This document shows, piece by piece, positions 1-9,860 of a DNA stretch of 64,000 bases (positions are counted from its first letter, which is position 1; every line of letters begins with the position of its first letter). The notes below the pieces were generated by a model. The model did no database searches. It was not told the origin of the DNA and saw only the letters and a list, made by a program, of their open reading frames with translations. The stretch is taken from positions 19,809 through 83,808 of the forward strand of contig PRDJ01000036.1 of the NCBI GenBank assembly GCA_003345555.1, read 5' to 3'. The position numbers were made by a program, and so were the translations under genes. This DNA is from Candidatus Thorarchaeota archaeon. GTDB lineage: Archaea; Asgardarchaeota; Thorarchaeia; Thorarchaeales; Thorarchaeaceae.

Positions 1-2229
1 CTCGAAAACAGCTTCGACGCTCCAAGAATTGCTCGCGGAATCAAACGCGTAGACTGCAAGGGTATGAAATCCGTCTGATGAAGGAAGGTTGGTGACGTAT
101 GGCGATGACCACGTCGAGTTCGAGACCGTATCGTCCCATCGCATCAACACACTTGCGAGATGCTCGTCAAAGATGTCAAGGGTCACCTCAGTACCTCCGA
201 CACAAATCGAAAGATTCGCTGGGCGGACCAACGTAATCTGGGGTTGCAGATCGTCTACGATGAACTGGTAATGAGTCTCAGTGACCAATGCGCGACTGTT
301 GTTCGCCCACACAAACAGAACCGGGTTCTCCTTGCCGCTAGGCACGAGAGTTTCAAAAGGTGCCGACCATCGAACATAGTCTGAGACGTTGTCCCAAGCA
401 TACAGGACAGTGTCCAATTCCTGATCCATTACGGTCACTGTTAATTCGAGCCCGCTTCTCACAAGACTGCCATTGGGTAGGCCTTGCAGGGTGATCATGG
501 GCGCGCCATCGTTAGTATAGAAAACGTACACTCTCTCCGCGACGTTTCCAGCGCTGTCATATGCTTGGACGTGAATTGTGTGCTCTCCGTCACCTGCAGG
601 GAGAGTCGTCTCGTAGGGTGCAATCCAAGTTGTGTTCGTGGCTTCGTTGTCCCAACGGTATAAGATTTCATCAAGATGATCGTCACTGACATTCACGGCA
701 ACTGTAACGCCCGAGTAGTGTACTGTGTCATTGGGAGGCGTGAATAGAGTTATGGATGGAGGCGAACTGTCTGATGTAAAGACGAAAACCGCACTTGCCC
801 AGTTGTTGTATGTATCATTCGCATAGACATACAGCCAGTGGGCAACCTCGCTCGTCCGAGCAGCAAGATCGTACGGCGGGGTGAGAGTGTCGTTGGCTAT
901 GGCGTCCCAGTGGTATAACACCACGTCGACGCCGCTTTCGTCGGTGATGTTCAGGTCGATGGACGTGAATGGCTTGACCACAGAGTCGTTCGCAGGACTA
1001 TTGAGCACAATGTCTGGCGCTGTCAACTCATGAGGAATGTCCAATGACAAATGTGCAGACATTGCATCAAAGATGTCGGTGTTGTGGATTGTAGCACCAT
1101 TGGTCCAGCCCTCAGGCAATTGCCCCTGCTGGAACAATGGCACATTAGCTGGGGTGTGGCCGGTACCCGCCCAAGAAGTGGTCACATTTAGAGATCTTTC
1201 AATCCGAAGCGACCTGTTGTATTCCTCGGTGTTCCCAATCAATGGGATTTCTGTCCCGAGACTATCGGCAGTTATCGAAAGACCGCCGGTTTCGTGATCT
1301 GCTACAACAATCAACATGGTTGTCGGATGCGTACGTACGTAGTTGAGAGCGATACTCACTGCCTTGTCAAAGGCTATGGTTTCAAGTGCGACATCGACTT
1401 TGCCGTTGACGTGCGCTGCTTTGTCGATGAGTCCGCCTTCTACAATGAGAAAGAACCCATCCGAATCGGCAGATAGGATGTCAATAGCCTTGCCTGCCAT
1501 CTCTGCAAGAGACGGTATGCTCGTGTAGTTGCGATTCTGCTCATAAGGGAGATTACTGTTGTCGAAGAGACCTAGGATTCTTTCCGATGAGACCGACAGG
1601 AGACTAGTCCTATTCGTAACGAAGGCATATCCATTTGACTGCATGGTTTGGAGCTGCTCAGCGCTGAAATCCGTCAAGCCGCCACCGAGGATTACTTCCA
1701 CTCTCGAATCTTCAACTATCTGCCTGATGATTTCACTGTAACTGGTCCTGCTGAGAACATGTGTCATGAAAGCGGCTGGTGTAGCATCTCGAACCGCAGT
1801 CGTGGTCACTATACCTGTAGACTTGTTCATGCCCTGAGCGATCTCCAGAATCGTGTCGAGAACCAAACCGCCGGGGTCAATGGAGAGTCTACCATTGTTT
1901 GTCTTGTGACCTGTGGCCATCGCAGTGGCGGCCGCGGCAGAATCGGTGATTGCAGAATCCGCACTATAGGTTGTTACTGAGAGAGAATGGCCCAGGGTTG
2001 CCATCGTCAGATTGGCTGCTTTCCCGACCTCAACCCATGACCCAAGTTGAACATGCCCAAAGCCCATTCCATCGCCAACCATCAGTATAACGCTGTGGGG
2101 CGGCCCGCTGTCTGAAGAATAGAAGACTAAGCCGTGGCTTGGCTCAGGCAGGACTGTGATTGGACCGAGCAGGGTGACCGCAGAAGCAGCAAGCAGTAGA
2201 ATGACAACCGCCGTGGCCGCGTATTTCAT
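1..2229 (-). CDS. Secreted alkaline phosphatase (PhoA family) with four C-terminal ~95-aa beta-sandwich repeats. C-terminus truncated at the window edge.
   Basis: Manual minus-strand translation from ATG 2229 gives MKYAATAVVILLLAASAVTLLG, a signal peptide. It contains the 'DSAAAATAMATGHKTNNG' active-site serine motif and GDGMG. The frame stays open to position 1. Repeated 'LDxxLYxWDN' modules follow the catalytic domain. Absent from the ORF track because there is no stop codon inside the window. Confidence 0.8.
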   Translation of the reverse strand, partial: MKYAATAVVILLLAASAVTLLGPITVLPEPSHGLVFYSSDSGPPHSVILMVGDGMGFGHVQLGSWVEVGKAANLTMATLGHSLSVTTYSADSAITDSAAAATAMATGHKTNNGRLSIDPGGLVLDTILEIAQGMNKSTGIVTTTAVRDATPAAFMTHVLSRTSYSEIIRQIVEDSRVEVILGGGLTDFSAEQLQTMQSNGYAFVTNRTSLLSVSSERILGLFDNSNLPYEQNRNYTSIPSLAEMAGKAIDILSADSDGFFLIVEGGLIDKAAHVNGKVDVALETIAFDKAVSIALNYVRTHPTTMLIVVADHETGGLSITADSLGTEIPLIGNTEEYNRSLRIERSLNVTTSWAGTGHTPANVPLFQQGQLPEGWTNGATIHNTDIFDAMSAHLSLDIPHELTAPDIVLNSPANDSVVKPFTSIDLNITDESGVDVVLYHWDAIANDTLTPPYDLAARTSEVAHWLYVYANDTYNNWASAVFVFTSDSSPPSITLFTPPNDTVHYSGVTVAVNVSDDHLDEILYRWDNEATNTTWIAPYETTLPAGDGEHTIHVQAYDSAGNVAERVYVFYTNDGAPMITLQGLPNGSLVRSGLELTVTVMDQELDTVLYAWDNVSDYVRWSAPFETLVPSGKENPVLFVWANNSRALVTETHYQFIVDDLQPQITLVRPANLSICVGGTEVTLDIFDEHLASVLMRWDDTVSNSTWSSPYVTNLPSSDGFHTLAVYAFDSASNSWSVEAVFE

Positions 2230-2444
2230 GTCAGTCACCAGAAGACGTGGTTAAGGCCATATAAGGAAACCTTCGCCGCCTCCGGTCGAAAAAAGAGAAG
2301 CAATCCCGCATTCAGCAGCTGCGAGCGTCTTGCTTGCTGAGCAAGGGGGCTAGGCGAAGACTCAAATGCGGGACCAAACTGAGTGAGTCCTCTAAGCGCG
2401 TACATTTGTGCGCCATCGTCGATCAAAGAAAGCGGTGAGCAAAC

Positions 2445-4631
2445 GTGGTGCTGAGAGAGTTCACCTACAAGCTTCCAGTCTTGAACAAGGGATACGCAGG
2501 ACAGACTCTGTACGTAGATTTGAGCGACAACGCCATATCAATCAAACCTGTAGACGAGAAGATGAAAGACACGTTTACTGGTGGCAAGGGCTTCGACCTA
2601 TGGCTGATGTGGAACAGCCTGCCGATGGACAAGGTAGTAAAGTGGAACGACCCAGAGAATGAGATCTGCATTGCCTCAGGTCCCCTCGGGGGTGTGCCTC
2701 TTTACCCGGGGGCGGGAAAGTCGCTTGTGACGACTATATCGCCGCAGACGGGGCTAATCATGGATAGCAATGTCGGCGGGTACTTCGGGCCGATGCTCAA
2801 GTTCGCCGGCTTTGACGCACTGGAAATACAGGGCAAGAGTCAGAAGGATGTCTATCTTTTCATCGATGGTGATGAAGGTAGAATACAGATACTGGAAGCG
2901 GGCGACTTGCCCACGTACGCCCACGAGATAATGAAGATTCTTACTGAACGTCACACTGGCAAAACGGGTATGGACGTATCGGTTGTTACCACGGGTCCAG
3001 CCGCAGAACATGTCATGATGAGCTGTCTGAACTTCTCTTGGTACGACACATGGCGGAAACAGCCCCATTACAAACAGGCGGGTAGAGGAGGCACAGGGAC
3101 AGTCTTCAGGGACAAGAAGATCAAGGCAATCGTTGTCAAGAAAGCTAGGATTACTCCGGACATGAATAACCCCGCAGACCTTGAGGCGTTGAAGGCCGTA
3201 GGAAGAGAACACAGTCAAGAAATCATCCAGCTCGACCCGAAGCAGAACCGAATGCGTGTCATCGGCACAGGTCATCTGCCTTCAATAATGAATGAGTTTG
3301 ATTTACTGCCGACACGAAACTTCAGAACTGGCAGCGACCCTGAAGCCAAAGGTCTCTCAGGCGAAGTCTGGGAGAAGATGTTCACCAACACGGGCAAAGG
3401 TTGGGACGGGTGCTGGATTTCATGCGCCATCAATTGCTCCCACTGCATAGAAGGCTTCGTGCCAACAACTGGTCCTTTCAAGGGCAAGACTGTCACAGTA
3501 GACGGACCTGAGTACGAAACGATCGCTGGCTGTGGGTCCAATCTTGCTATCTTCAATGCGAGAGATGTTGCAGAGATTAACTTCTACTGCGATACTTATG
3601 GCATCGACACTATCAGCTTTGGCACAACAATGGGCTTTGTTATGGAGCTGTTTGAGGGAGGTCAAATAACGGACAAGGCAACGGGAGGACACAAGCTCAA
3701 GTGGGGAGCGGTGCCTGAAGTCCTGTCTGTTCTTCACGAAATGGCGACGGGTAATGGTTTTGGCGGTCAGCATTTTGGAAAGGGGATTCGGTACCTCAAA
3801 GGCTACTTTGCTGAGAAATTCAAGGTCGACAAGTCGCTCATGCAGGATATCGGCATGGAGCACAAAGGTCTCGAGTACAGTGAATACGTCACGAAAGAAA
3901 GCCTTGCTCAGCAGGGAGGGTACGGTCTTACACTCAAGGGGCCGCAGCACGACGAGGCATGGCTCATATTCATGGATCAAGTCCACAAGTATCTCCCAAC
4001 CTTTGAGAAGAAGGCAGAAGCACTTCACTACTTCCCGATGTGGCGCACATGGTTCGGCATTAATGGGCTGTGCAAGTTGCCTTGGAATGATGTTGTCCCA
4101 GTAGACAACAAGCAGACCTCAGAGCCTGGAAAGGTTCCAGGTCACGTCACATTCTACGCTAGGTTCTTCGAGGCCATGACGGGAAAGAAAGTGACCGGTG
4201 CTGACTTGATTACTCAGTCGGAACGCGTATACAACTTCCAGAGAGTCTTCAACCTCCGTCAGGGTCACGGCCTGAGAGCGGATGACTCGGGGACACCATA
4301 CCGCAGCATGGGACCAGTGACTGACTGGGAATACGAGAGCAGACAGGAGAGGTATGACAAGCAGCTCAAGGAGCAAGTCGGAATTGACCCTTCAAGTATG
4401 AGCACCACTGACAAACGAAAGAGACTCAGAGAGTTCAGAGAGGAGCAGTACAAGCTTCTCACCGACGCCGCGTACAAGAGACGTGGTTGGACTAGGAACG
4501 GGGTACCAACTCTGGAGAAGGTCAAAGCATTGGGAATTGACTTCCCGTCGGTCGTCAAGTTCGTTTCCAAGTTTGAAAGTACTGAGCCGCTGAAACAGAG
4601 TCTGCCCAAGAACGACTCAGCTTGGAAGTAA
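2445..4631 (+). CDS. aor: Aldehyde:ferredoxin oxidoreductase (tungsten-containing AOR family), 728 aa
   Basis: N-terminal AOR_N-like 'EICIASGPLGGVPLYPGAGKSLV...DSNVGGYFGPMLKFAGFDALEIQGKS' and 'DTISFGTTMGFVMELFEGG'. Full-length AOR architecture plus a ~100-aa C-terminal extension. Confidence 0.85.
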   Translation: MVLREFTYKLPVLNKGYAGQTLYVDLSDNAISIKPVDEKMKDTFTGGKGFDLWLMWNSLPMDKVVKWNDPENEICIASGPLGGVPLYPGAGKSLVTTISPQTGLIMDSNVGGYFGPMLKFAGFDALEIQGKSQKDVYLFIDGDEGRIQILEAGDLPTYAHEIMKILTERHTGKTGMDVSVVTTGPAAEHVMMSCLNFSWYDTWRKQPHYKQAGRGGTGTVFRDKKIKAIVVKKARITPDMNNPADLEALKAVGREHSQEIIQLDPKQNRMRVIGTGHLPSIMNEFDLLPTRNFRTGSDPEAKGLSGEVWEKMFTNTGKGWDGCWISCAINCSHCIEGFVPTTGPFKGKTVTVDGPEYETIAGCGSNLAIFNARDVAEINFYCDTYGIDTISFGTTMGFVMELFEGGQITDKATGGHKLKWGAVPEVLSVLHEMATGNGFGGQHFGKGIRYLKGYFAEKFKVDKSLMQDIGMEHKGLEYSEYVTKESLAQQGGYGLTLKGPQHDEAWLIFMDQVHKYLPTFEKKAEALHYFPMWRTWFGINGLCKLPWNDVVPVDNKQTSEPGKVPGHVTFYARFFEAMTGKKVTGADLITQSERVYNFQRVFNLRQGHGLRADDSGTPYRSMGPVTDWEYESRQERYDKQLKEQVGIDPSSMSTTDKRKRLREFREEQYKLLTDAAYKRRGWTRNGVPTLEKVKALGIDFPSVVKFVSKFESTEPLKQSLPKNDSAWK

Positions 4632-4717
4632 TTCTACTTGGTCAATTGGCCATAGGCCGACTCTCGCGGACGACTTCCTGAGTAGAGGAAATCCGGTTTC
4701 TACAATGCGGTCTGTGC

Positions 4718-6145
4718 TTATTCAGATCGTCTTGTCCGAATCATGAGAAACACAGGTATGGCTATGACGATGATAGACCAAGAGAACCACATGGCGAGTC
4801 CGAGGTCTTGAATTGGGAATCCATCGATAATCCCGTTTGTTGTGTTGGAATAGGCCCGAGGATAATGATCCACACTGCCAGCATCGCCTGGAATCTGATA
4901 GACACCAAAAAGCGAATAGTCGCTCCATTGGTTGCCGGTATCTACGCCATTGTCCCAGCTATTTCCAGAACCATCGTCCCGTGCGTTCACGCCATTATAG
5001 TGAATCACGTTGCTGAACAAACGACAGCCCGACACACCGTATCCCAACGCGATTCCGTAGCCGGAGTTCTGCCATACGTTGTTTCCAGTTACTAGCCCGT
5101 TGATTGTCTGGACGCCTCCCCATCCATCTATGAACCCGATGCCGCCTCCATTATTGTATATGCTGTTGTCAATTATGGTTGCATTCGGTCCGAGAATCAT
5201 AATCCCGTCGAATGAATTCGAGTAGACAATGTTATTCTGAAGAACGCAGTTGTCCGACCGGTTTATCAGTACTCCAGAGTACATATTGCCGTAGAATTCA
5301 CCCTCTGCAACCATGACACCGCCGCAGGTGAGGACGACGACACCATATTCTGAGCCGTTTACATTACAGGACAACAAATAACAATCATAACACGCCATCA
5401 GCAGTATACCATATGGAACTCCCCATAGGTTGCCGCCAGATAGGGTGACGGATGTGCAATTGACCAGAATCAGCTGACCGAACGAACTAGCATCGATGTT
5501 CTCGCCCCAAACGCCCGAGAAATAGCCAAGCGGGCGTCCCATGACTGTGTTATCGGAAAATGCATGCTGAAAACCGGCGTCATCCACCGAATCTAGCAAG
5601 ACCCCTCCGTTTGTCAAGATGTTCCTAGTAAAGGTGCAATTGTAGCTGTCTTTGACCACTACAACATCACGGGACCCCTCGATAAGATTCGAATCAAGGA
5701 TGCAATCGCGGGCGTAGTAGAATTCGACTCCTATGTATACCGATTGAACAACGCAACCTTCAATGCATCCATTCGAAGTGTTGCTGAGAATCACGCATGG
5801 GCCGTAGGAGGTAGTAAGCAGACTGCAATTCCGAACTAGAAAACTGACCGACACTTGGCTGATGCTTAAGCAATAGGACGGGTCTTGAATAGTATAGTTC
5901 TCTATCAGATAGGGGTTTGAAGCAGATCCATTTCCCGACCAACCCTCGACAACCGACTGATTGGCAAAATCGTCGTTCCCGCATATGATTATGTTGCTGT
6001 GAGGTTGTTGTGCTTGGTTGAAGAGGGGTGACAGATTCGCTGTTCGACGAATTGGAGGACGCCCTGAGATTGAAATCAGCATCATGAGAATCGATAGTAA
6101 GGCTATAGTACGCCCTTTCAATTGCTTCCTCCTCCGCAGCTTCAA
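4718..6145 (-). CDS. Secreted right-handed parallel beta-helix (NosD/pectin-lyase-like) surface protein with C-terminal TM anchor
   Basis: N-terminal signal peptide. Many N-x-S/T sequons. Repetitive G/N/S/V-rich beta-helix-like coils. C-terminal 'WSIIVIAIPVFLMIRTRRSE' hydrophobic helix plus basic tail. Confidence 0.6.
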   Translation of the reverse strand: MKLRRRKQLKGRTIALLSILMMLISISGRPPIRRTANLSPLFNQAQQPHSNIIICGNDDFANQSVVEGWSGNGSASNPYLIENYTIQDPSYCLSISQVSVSFLVRNCSLLTTSYGPCVILSNTSNGCIEGCVVQSVYIGVEFYYARDCILDSNLIEGSRDVVVVKDSYNCTFTRNILTNGGVLLDSVDDAGFQHAFSDNTVMGRPLGYFSGVWGENIDASSFGQLILVNCTSVTLSGGNLWGVPYGILLMACYDCYLLSCNVNGSEYGVVVLTCGGVMVAEGEFYGNMYSGVLINRSDNCVLQNNIVYSNSFDGIMILGPNATIIDNSIYNNGGGIGFIDGWGGVQTINGLVTGNNVWQNSGYGIALGYGVSGCRLFSNVIHYNGVNARDDGSGNSWDNGVDTGNQWSDYSLFGVYQIPGDAGSVDHYPRAYSNTTNGIIDGFPIQDLGLAMWFSWSIIVIAIPVFLMIRTRRSE

Positions 6146-6302
6146 GAAGATATTCGTGTAAATGGCTCTTATCCGTTTCGTTCATTCGTGGGTCATTTCG
6201 GAAGATGGCGGTGGAAATGGGCCTTAACTAATCCAGTGACTACGTGAATTGTGACGAGTTCTCAGATACAGACAGCTCGTGCGAGAGGAGCAACGGATAC
6301 TT

Positions 6303-7721
6303 TCATGACTGACTTGTTCCCAGTCGAGTCCCCTTTGTTCGAATTATGAGAAGCGCGGCTATGCCGAGAAGCGCCGCCGACGAAAGACCCCAGAGGGCGA
6401 GGGTGATTTCACCGGGAATGAAATCGGAAGGATTTGTGAGGACTGTCCCGTTAGCGTAGTGATCTATACTTATCGCGGTTCCCCCTACTTGGTAGAATCC
6501 AACATCGTAGTAATAATCATCCCACGCGTTACCCATTCCTATGCCGTCATCCCATTGGTTTCCCGAGGCATCGTCCCAAGCATTTGGCGCATTGGAATGG
6601 AACCAATTGCCGTACACTCGAAAGCCTGATACTCCATTCTGCAGCAAAATTCCATGCTTCGTATTACCGTGGATGTCGTTGTAGACCACCAAACCTCCGT
6701 ACGTTTGTACTTCTCCGTTTCCAGGAATGGCCAAAATACCGCCCTCGTTAGAGGAAATCAAGTTAGAGACGATACGCACGTTCGGACCGAGAACATCAAT
6801 GCCGAAACCCCGATTCGAGTAGATTGAGTTTGTAAAGATGAAGCAGTTGCTTGACCTGTTTATCGATAACCCCGAGTATAGATTAGAAGACAGGCTGCAG
6901 TTTGAAATCGTGACATTGCCAGAGGTCAGGATGACAACGCCATATCTCGATTGATAGGCAACACAAGACACCAACTCACAATCTTGACAGCCTACCAATA
7001 AAACGCCGTAGGGTACGTCCCGGAAGTTGCCAGTGGATACATAACAATGGTCGCTCCCGATGATGAATAGCTGACCGAATGAACTGGCATCGATGTTCCA
7101 CCCAGTGACATTGTAGAAATAGCCGAGCGGGCGGCTCACTACTGTGTTGTTAGAGAATGTGTGACGGAAGCCAGCCAAATCCGCAGAATCGAACGATATT
7201 CCACCGTTTGGAAGTACGTTGTTGGTAAATGTGCAGCTGTAGGATTCTCTGAGTGATAGGCTTTCCCGACCTCCACCAATCCAGTTGGAATTGAGAGTGC
7301 AGTTTCTGACCAAATACAATCCGACGCCAATCGCGAACGAGTTTATGATACAAAGCTCGATTACAGCATTTGAAACGTTGTTGAGACTGACACAAGGTCC
7401 ATACAGGAAGACGCTAGTAAGCCTGCATCTTCGAATCACAAAACTGACTGATACTTGGCTTATGGACAGAGCGTACTCTAGACTACTGATGGTGTAATTG
7501 TCGATAACATAAGGACTAGAAGCCGTTCCGTTTCCCTGCCACCCCTCTGTGATCGACTGACTAGTGAAATCAGCATCGCCATTGATGATTATACTGCTGT
7601 GTGACTCTTGTGCCAAGTTGAGGAATGCTAGCGTGTCCGCAGTGGGGCATTGCGGCCTCCCCAGCTGAAGTGGAACGAAGACTATAACAAGCCACGCCAC
7701 AAATAATGTTCGGGCCTTCAA
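6303..7721 (-). CDS. Tandem paralog of the 4718-6145 beta-helix surface protein (472 aa)
   Basis: About 50% identity over the whole length to the neighbouring gene, e.g. 'GNGTASSPYVIDNYTIS' vs 'GNGSASNPYLIENYTIQD'. Signal peptide and C-terminal TM anchor 'LGIAALLIIRTKGTR'. Confidence 0.6.
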   Translation of the reverse strand: MKARTLFVAWLVIVFVPLQLGRPQCPTADTLAFLNLAQESHSSIIINGDADFTSQSITEGWQGNGTASSPYVIDNYTISSLEYALSISQVSVSFVIRRCRLTSVFLYGPCVSLNNVSNAVIELCIINSFAIGVGLYLVRNCTLNSNWIGGGRESLSLRESYSCTFTNNVLPNGGISFDSADLAGFRHTFSNNTVVSRPLGYFYNVTGWNIDASSFGQLFIIGSDHCYVSTGNFRDVPYGVLLVGCQDCELVSCVAYQSRYGVVILTSGNVTISNCSLSSNLYSGLSINRSSNCFIFTNSIYSNRGFGIDVLGPNVRIVSNLISSNEGGILAIPGNGEVQTYGGLVVYNDIHGNTKHGILLQNGVSGFRVYGNWFHSNAPNAWDDASGNQWDDGIGMGNAWDDYYYDVGFYQVGGTAISIDHYANGTVLTNPSDFIPGEITLALWGLSSAALLGIAALLIIRTKGTRLGTSQS

Positions 7722-8119
7722 GAATCTCCGCCTCCATTAGCTCAAGGTCACATACCATAACTCCGCTCTTAGGCGTTTCGTCGCGCCATCGGTCAGGCAA
7801 GAAGGTGCAACACAGAAGTATCTGATCCGAACACTATAGCTGGGAGCCGGAAATGACCGGACGGTCCTGTATGGAGCAGTCATGATAGTGCTCGTACTTG
7901 GTGGAACTATACTGGGGAGAATCAGTGCGATAACAGTATGGCTCATGTTGTTGCCCGCCGGGTTGGAAGCGATCAAGGGTCGAGCAAGTACGCGCGACAA
8001 AATAGGTCAGAGTCTGTCTACGACTAGCTTCATCCACCAGTGTTCCGAGGGAGAACCGCGGAAGTGCCCGCCAAGATGCAGACATATATCGCAATACTCC
8101 ATAAATAAGACCACGGCGG

Positions 8120-8863
8120 ATGGAGAGGCACGCATTCCAATCATCTGACTGCAGGTTGAGTGATACTATGGCCTTCGGGATTGTCAACTATGCTTATGCA
8201 ATTGCGGCCGCTCTTGCTTCTGTGTGCGTCATGGCTGTGCTAAGCAGATACATCCGACGACGGCAGGGCTTGGCCCTCTTCTTCGTGTTCTTCTTGGCCG
8301 CCTGTGTGGTGTTGTGCTTGACTTATGCGCTGAGGGGCTTCTATGAGGTCTATCAGGCTCCGGAGCTACTACTGTGGCTACTGCAAAACTACATGTATAT
8401 CGTGATCACGGTGCCTCTCGCTCTCTTCCTGATCTATCCCCTGTTACAACAGACAAGAGGACAAAGGTCTTACTACATCCTGTGGGCGGTCATTGCGGCT
8501 ATTGGGTTGATTGCACTGTTCAATGCGTTGATGATTGCCGTTTCGCAGATTGAGTTTACCTTCACGGACAACTACGGATTGGCCCACTATAGGCTGGTGT
8601 ATCTGCCAATTCCCAACGTGTACATCATCACACTGGGACTTGACGTGATGGTATCGAACGTATCACTCGTTCTGCTGGCAATCAGCTACAGAAAGGAATC
8701 GGATCCCTTCTACAAGCGCAGAGCCCTGTTTCTCTTTGTGGGTTGGACAATCGTGACGTATGCCCAGCTCCTTCACCTGGAGCCATCGCTTGTCATCCTC
8801 AATCCCTTTGCCCTAATCATTGGCACAATTCTTGTCTCGATCGCTGTTTACTTCGGTCCGTGA
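8120..8863 (+). CDS. Polytopic membrane protein (about 7 TM), function unknown
   Basis: Long ORF with several hydrophobic helices. The start may be the internal Met 'MAFGIV' about 16 codons downstream. Confidence 0.4.
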   Translation: MERHAFQSSDCRLSDTMAFGIVNYAYAIAAALASVCVMAVLSRYIRRRQGLALFFVFFLAACVVLCLTYALRGFYEVYQAPELLLWLLQNYMYIVITVPLALFLIYPLLQQTRGQRSYYILWAVIAAIGLIALFNALMIAVSQIEFTFTDNYGLAHYRLVYLPIPNVYIITLGLDVMVSNVSLVLLAISYRKESDPFYKRRALFLFVGWTIVTYAQLLHLEPSLVILNPFALIIGTILVSIAVYFGP

Positions 8864-8876
8864 TTATGCAGGACCG

Positions 8877-9596
8877 TCACGGTTTCAACCGCACCATGAC
8901 GACAACTGGTATAGCTATAACACTTACAGAAATCAAGAACCAAAGAATCGTGTTGAGAGGCGGTAAGTCTGGATCTTCAGACTTCTCGGACGACATGAAT
9001 GATTGAATGTTGCTCTGGCCAAGCACGGTTGTGGACCAACTCCAGTAAGCCTCAGGATAGGCATGAAGCGAGGGACCGTGGCTCTCTGATACACAGACAA
9101 GAACACCAAGAGCGGACTCGTAGTAGAAGTCTCTCTGCACATCGTAGTCACTCTGAGTCCAGATAGTCTGGCATCTCCAGCACGTGAAGGTACCCACGGG
9201 AACATTCACCACAGCAGTTGCCGTGTCATACACAGGAGCCATTGGGTTTGCTGGCGGGATTCTTCCTTGGCCCTCGCCCAAAGTGGCAGTGTCCATCCAT
9301 AACGGATCCATGAATGCGCCCGCTTCTGTACCGTTCGAGTCCACGATACTCCAGCTTGGGAGCTTCACGTACTGCACATTGTCATCTGAGTATTCTATTT
9401 CTACAATCTCCTGCTCTTTCAGCCAGCTTAATACTTCGTACTTCACCTGTGAGCTGGCAGCACTAGTACCAGAGGCCGAATCAAAGACATCATATTCCAA
9501 CAGGAGGCCTATAGGAAAGTCTGCAGATGTCGGTTCTGCACTTGCTTGGGCCTGCACAGGTATGCCACCCATAAGAACGAAGAGGACTGAAACCAA
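8877..9596 (-). CDS. Secreted protein with C-terminal TM anchor, unknown function
   Basis: Signal peptide 'MVSVLFVLMGGIPVQAQASA'. C-terminal 'ILWFLISVSVIAIPVVVMVRLKP' matches the 'IAIPV' anchor motif of the beta-helix proteins. Confidence 0.45.
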   Translation of the reverse strand: MVSVLFVLMGGIPVQAQASAEPTSADFPIGLLLEYDVFDSASGTSAASSQVKYEVLSWLKEQEIVEIEYSDDNVQYVKLPSWSIVDSNGTEAGAFMDPLWMDTATLGEGQGRIPPANPMAPVYDTATAVVNVPVGTFTCWRCQTIWTQSDYDVQRDFYYESALGVLVCVSESHGPSLHAYPEAYWSWSTTVLGQSNIQSFMSSEKSEDPDLPPLNTILWFLISVSVIAIPVVVMVRLKP

Positions 9597-9860
9597 GATA
9601 GTGGCCTTTTAACACGCATGAACTACACGCACTACGACCGCCTCTCCCTTACCACAGCACAGGGCAACCAAGTCTTCTTGCGCATCAACTTGGTTTAGGT
9701 TTCTTGGTCCCTAATGACAGTACAATTCGAAGCGTGGCACTGGCATAGAAGCAAGACGTGCCTTCATACAATAGCGAGCCCTGCCGCGCTAGCCGGTGTT
9801 TCGCTTCGATAGTCACGCTTTAGAGCCGGATAATCACGCACTCATCCGAGGTTCCGACGT

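Noticed and set aside
2754-4609. Several 85-200 aa minus-strand ORFs (2754-3275, 3272-3556, 3420-4028, 4119-4376, 4265-4609) inside the AOR gene
   Set aside because: These are antisense shadow ORFs within a confidently called CDS.
7737-8187. Three overlapping 87-117 aa ORFs in the 400-bp gap after the beta-helix genes
   Set aside because: No motifs and mutually overlapping frames. This is probably a non-coding promoter region.
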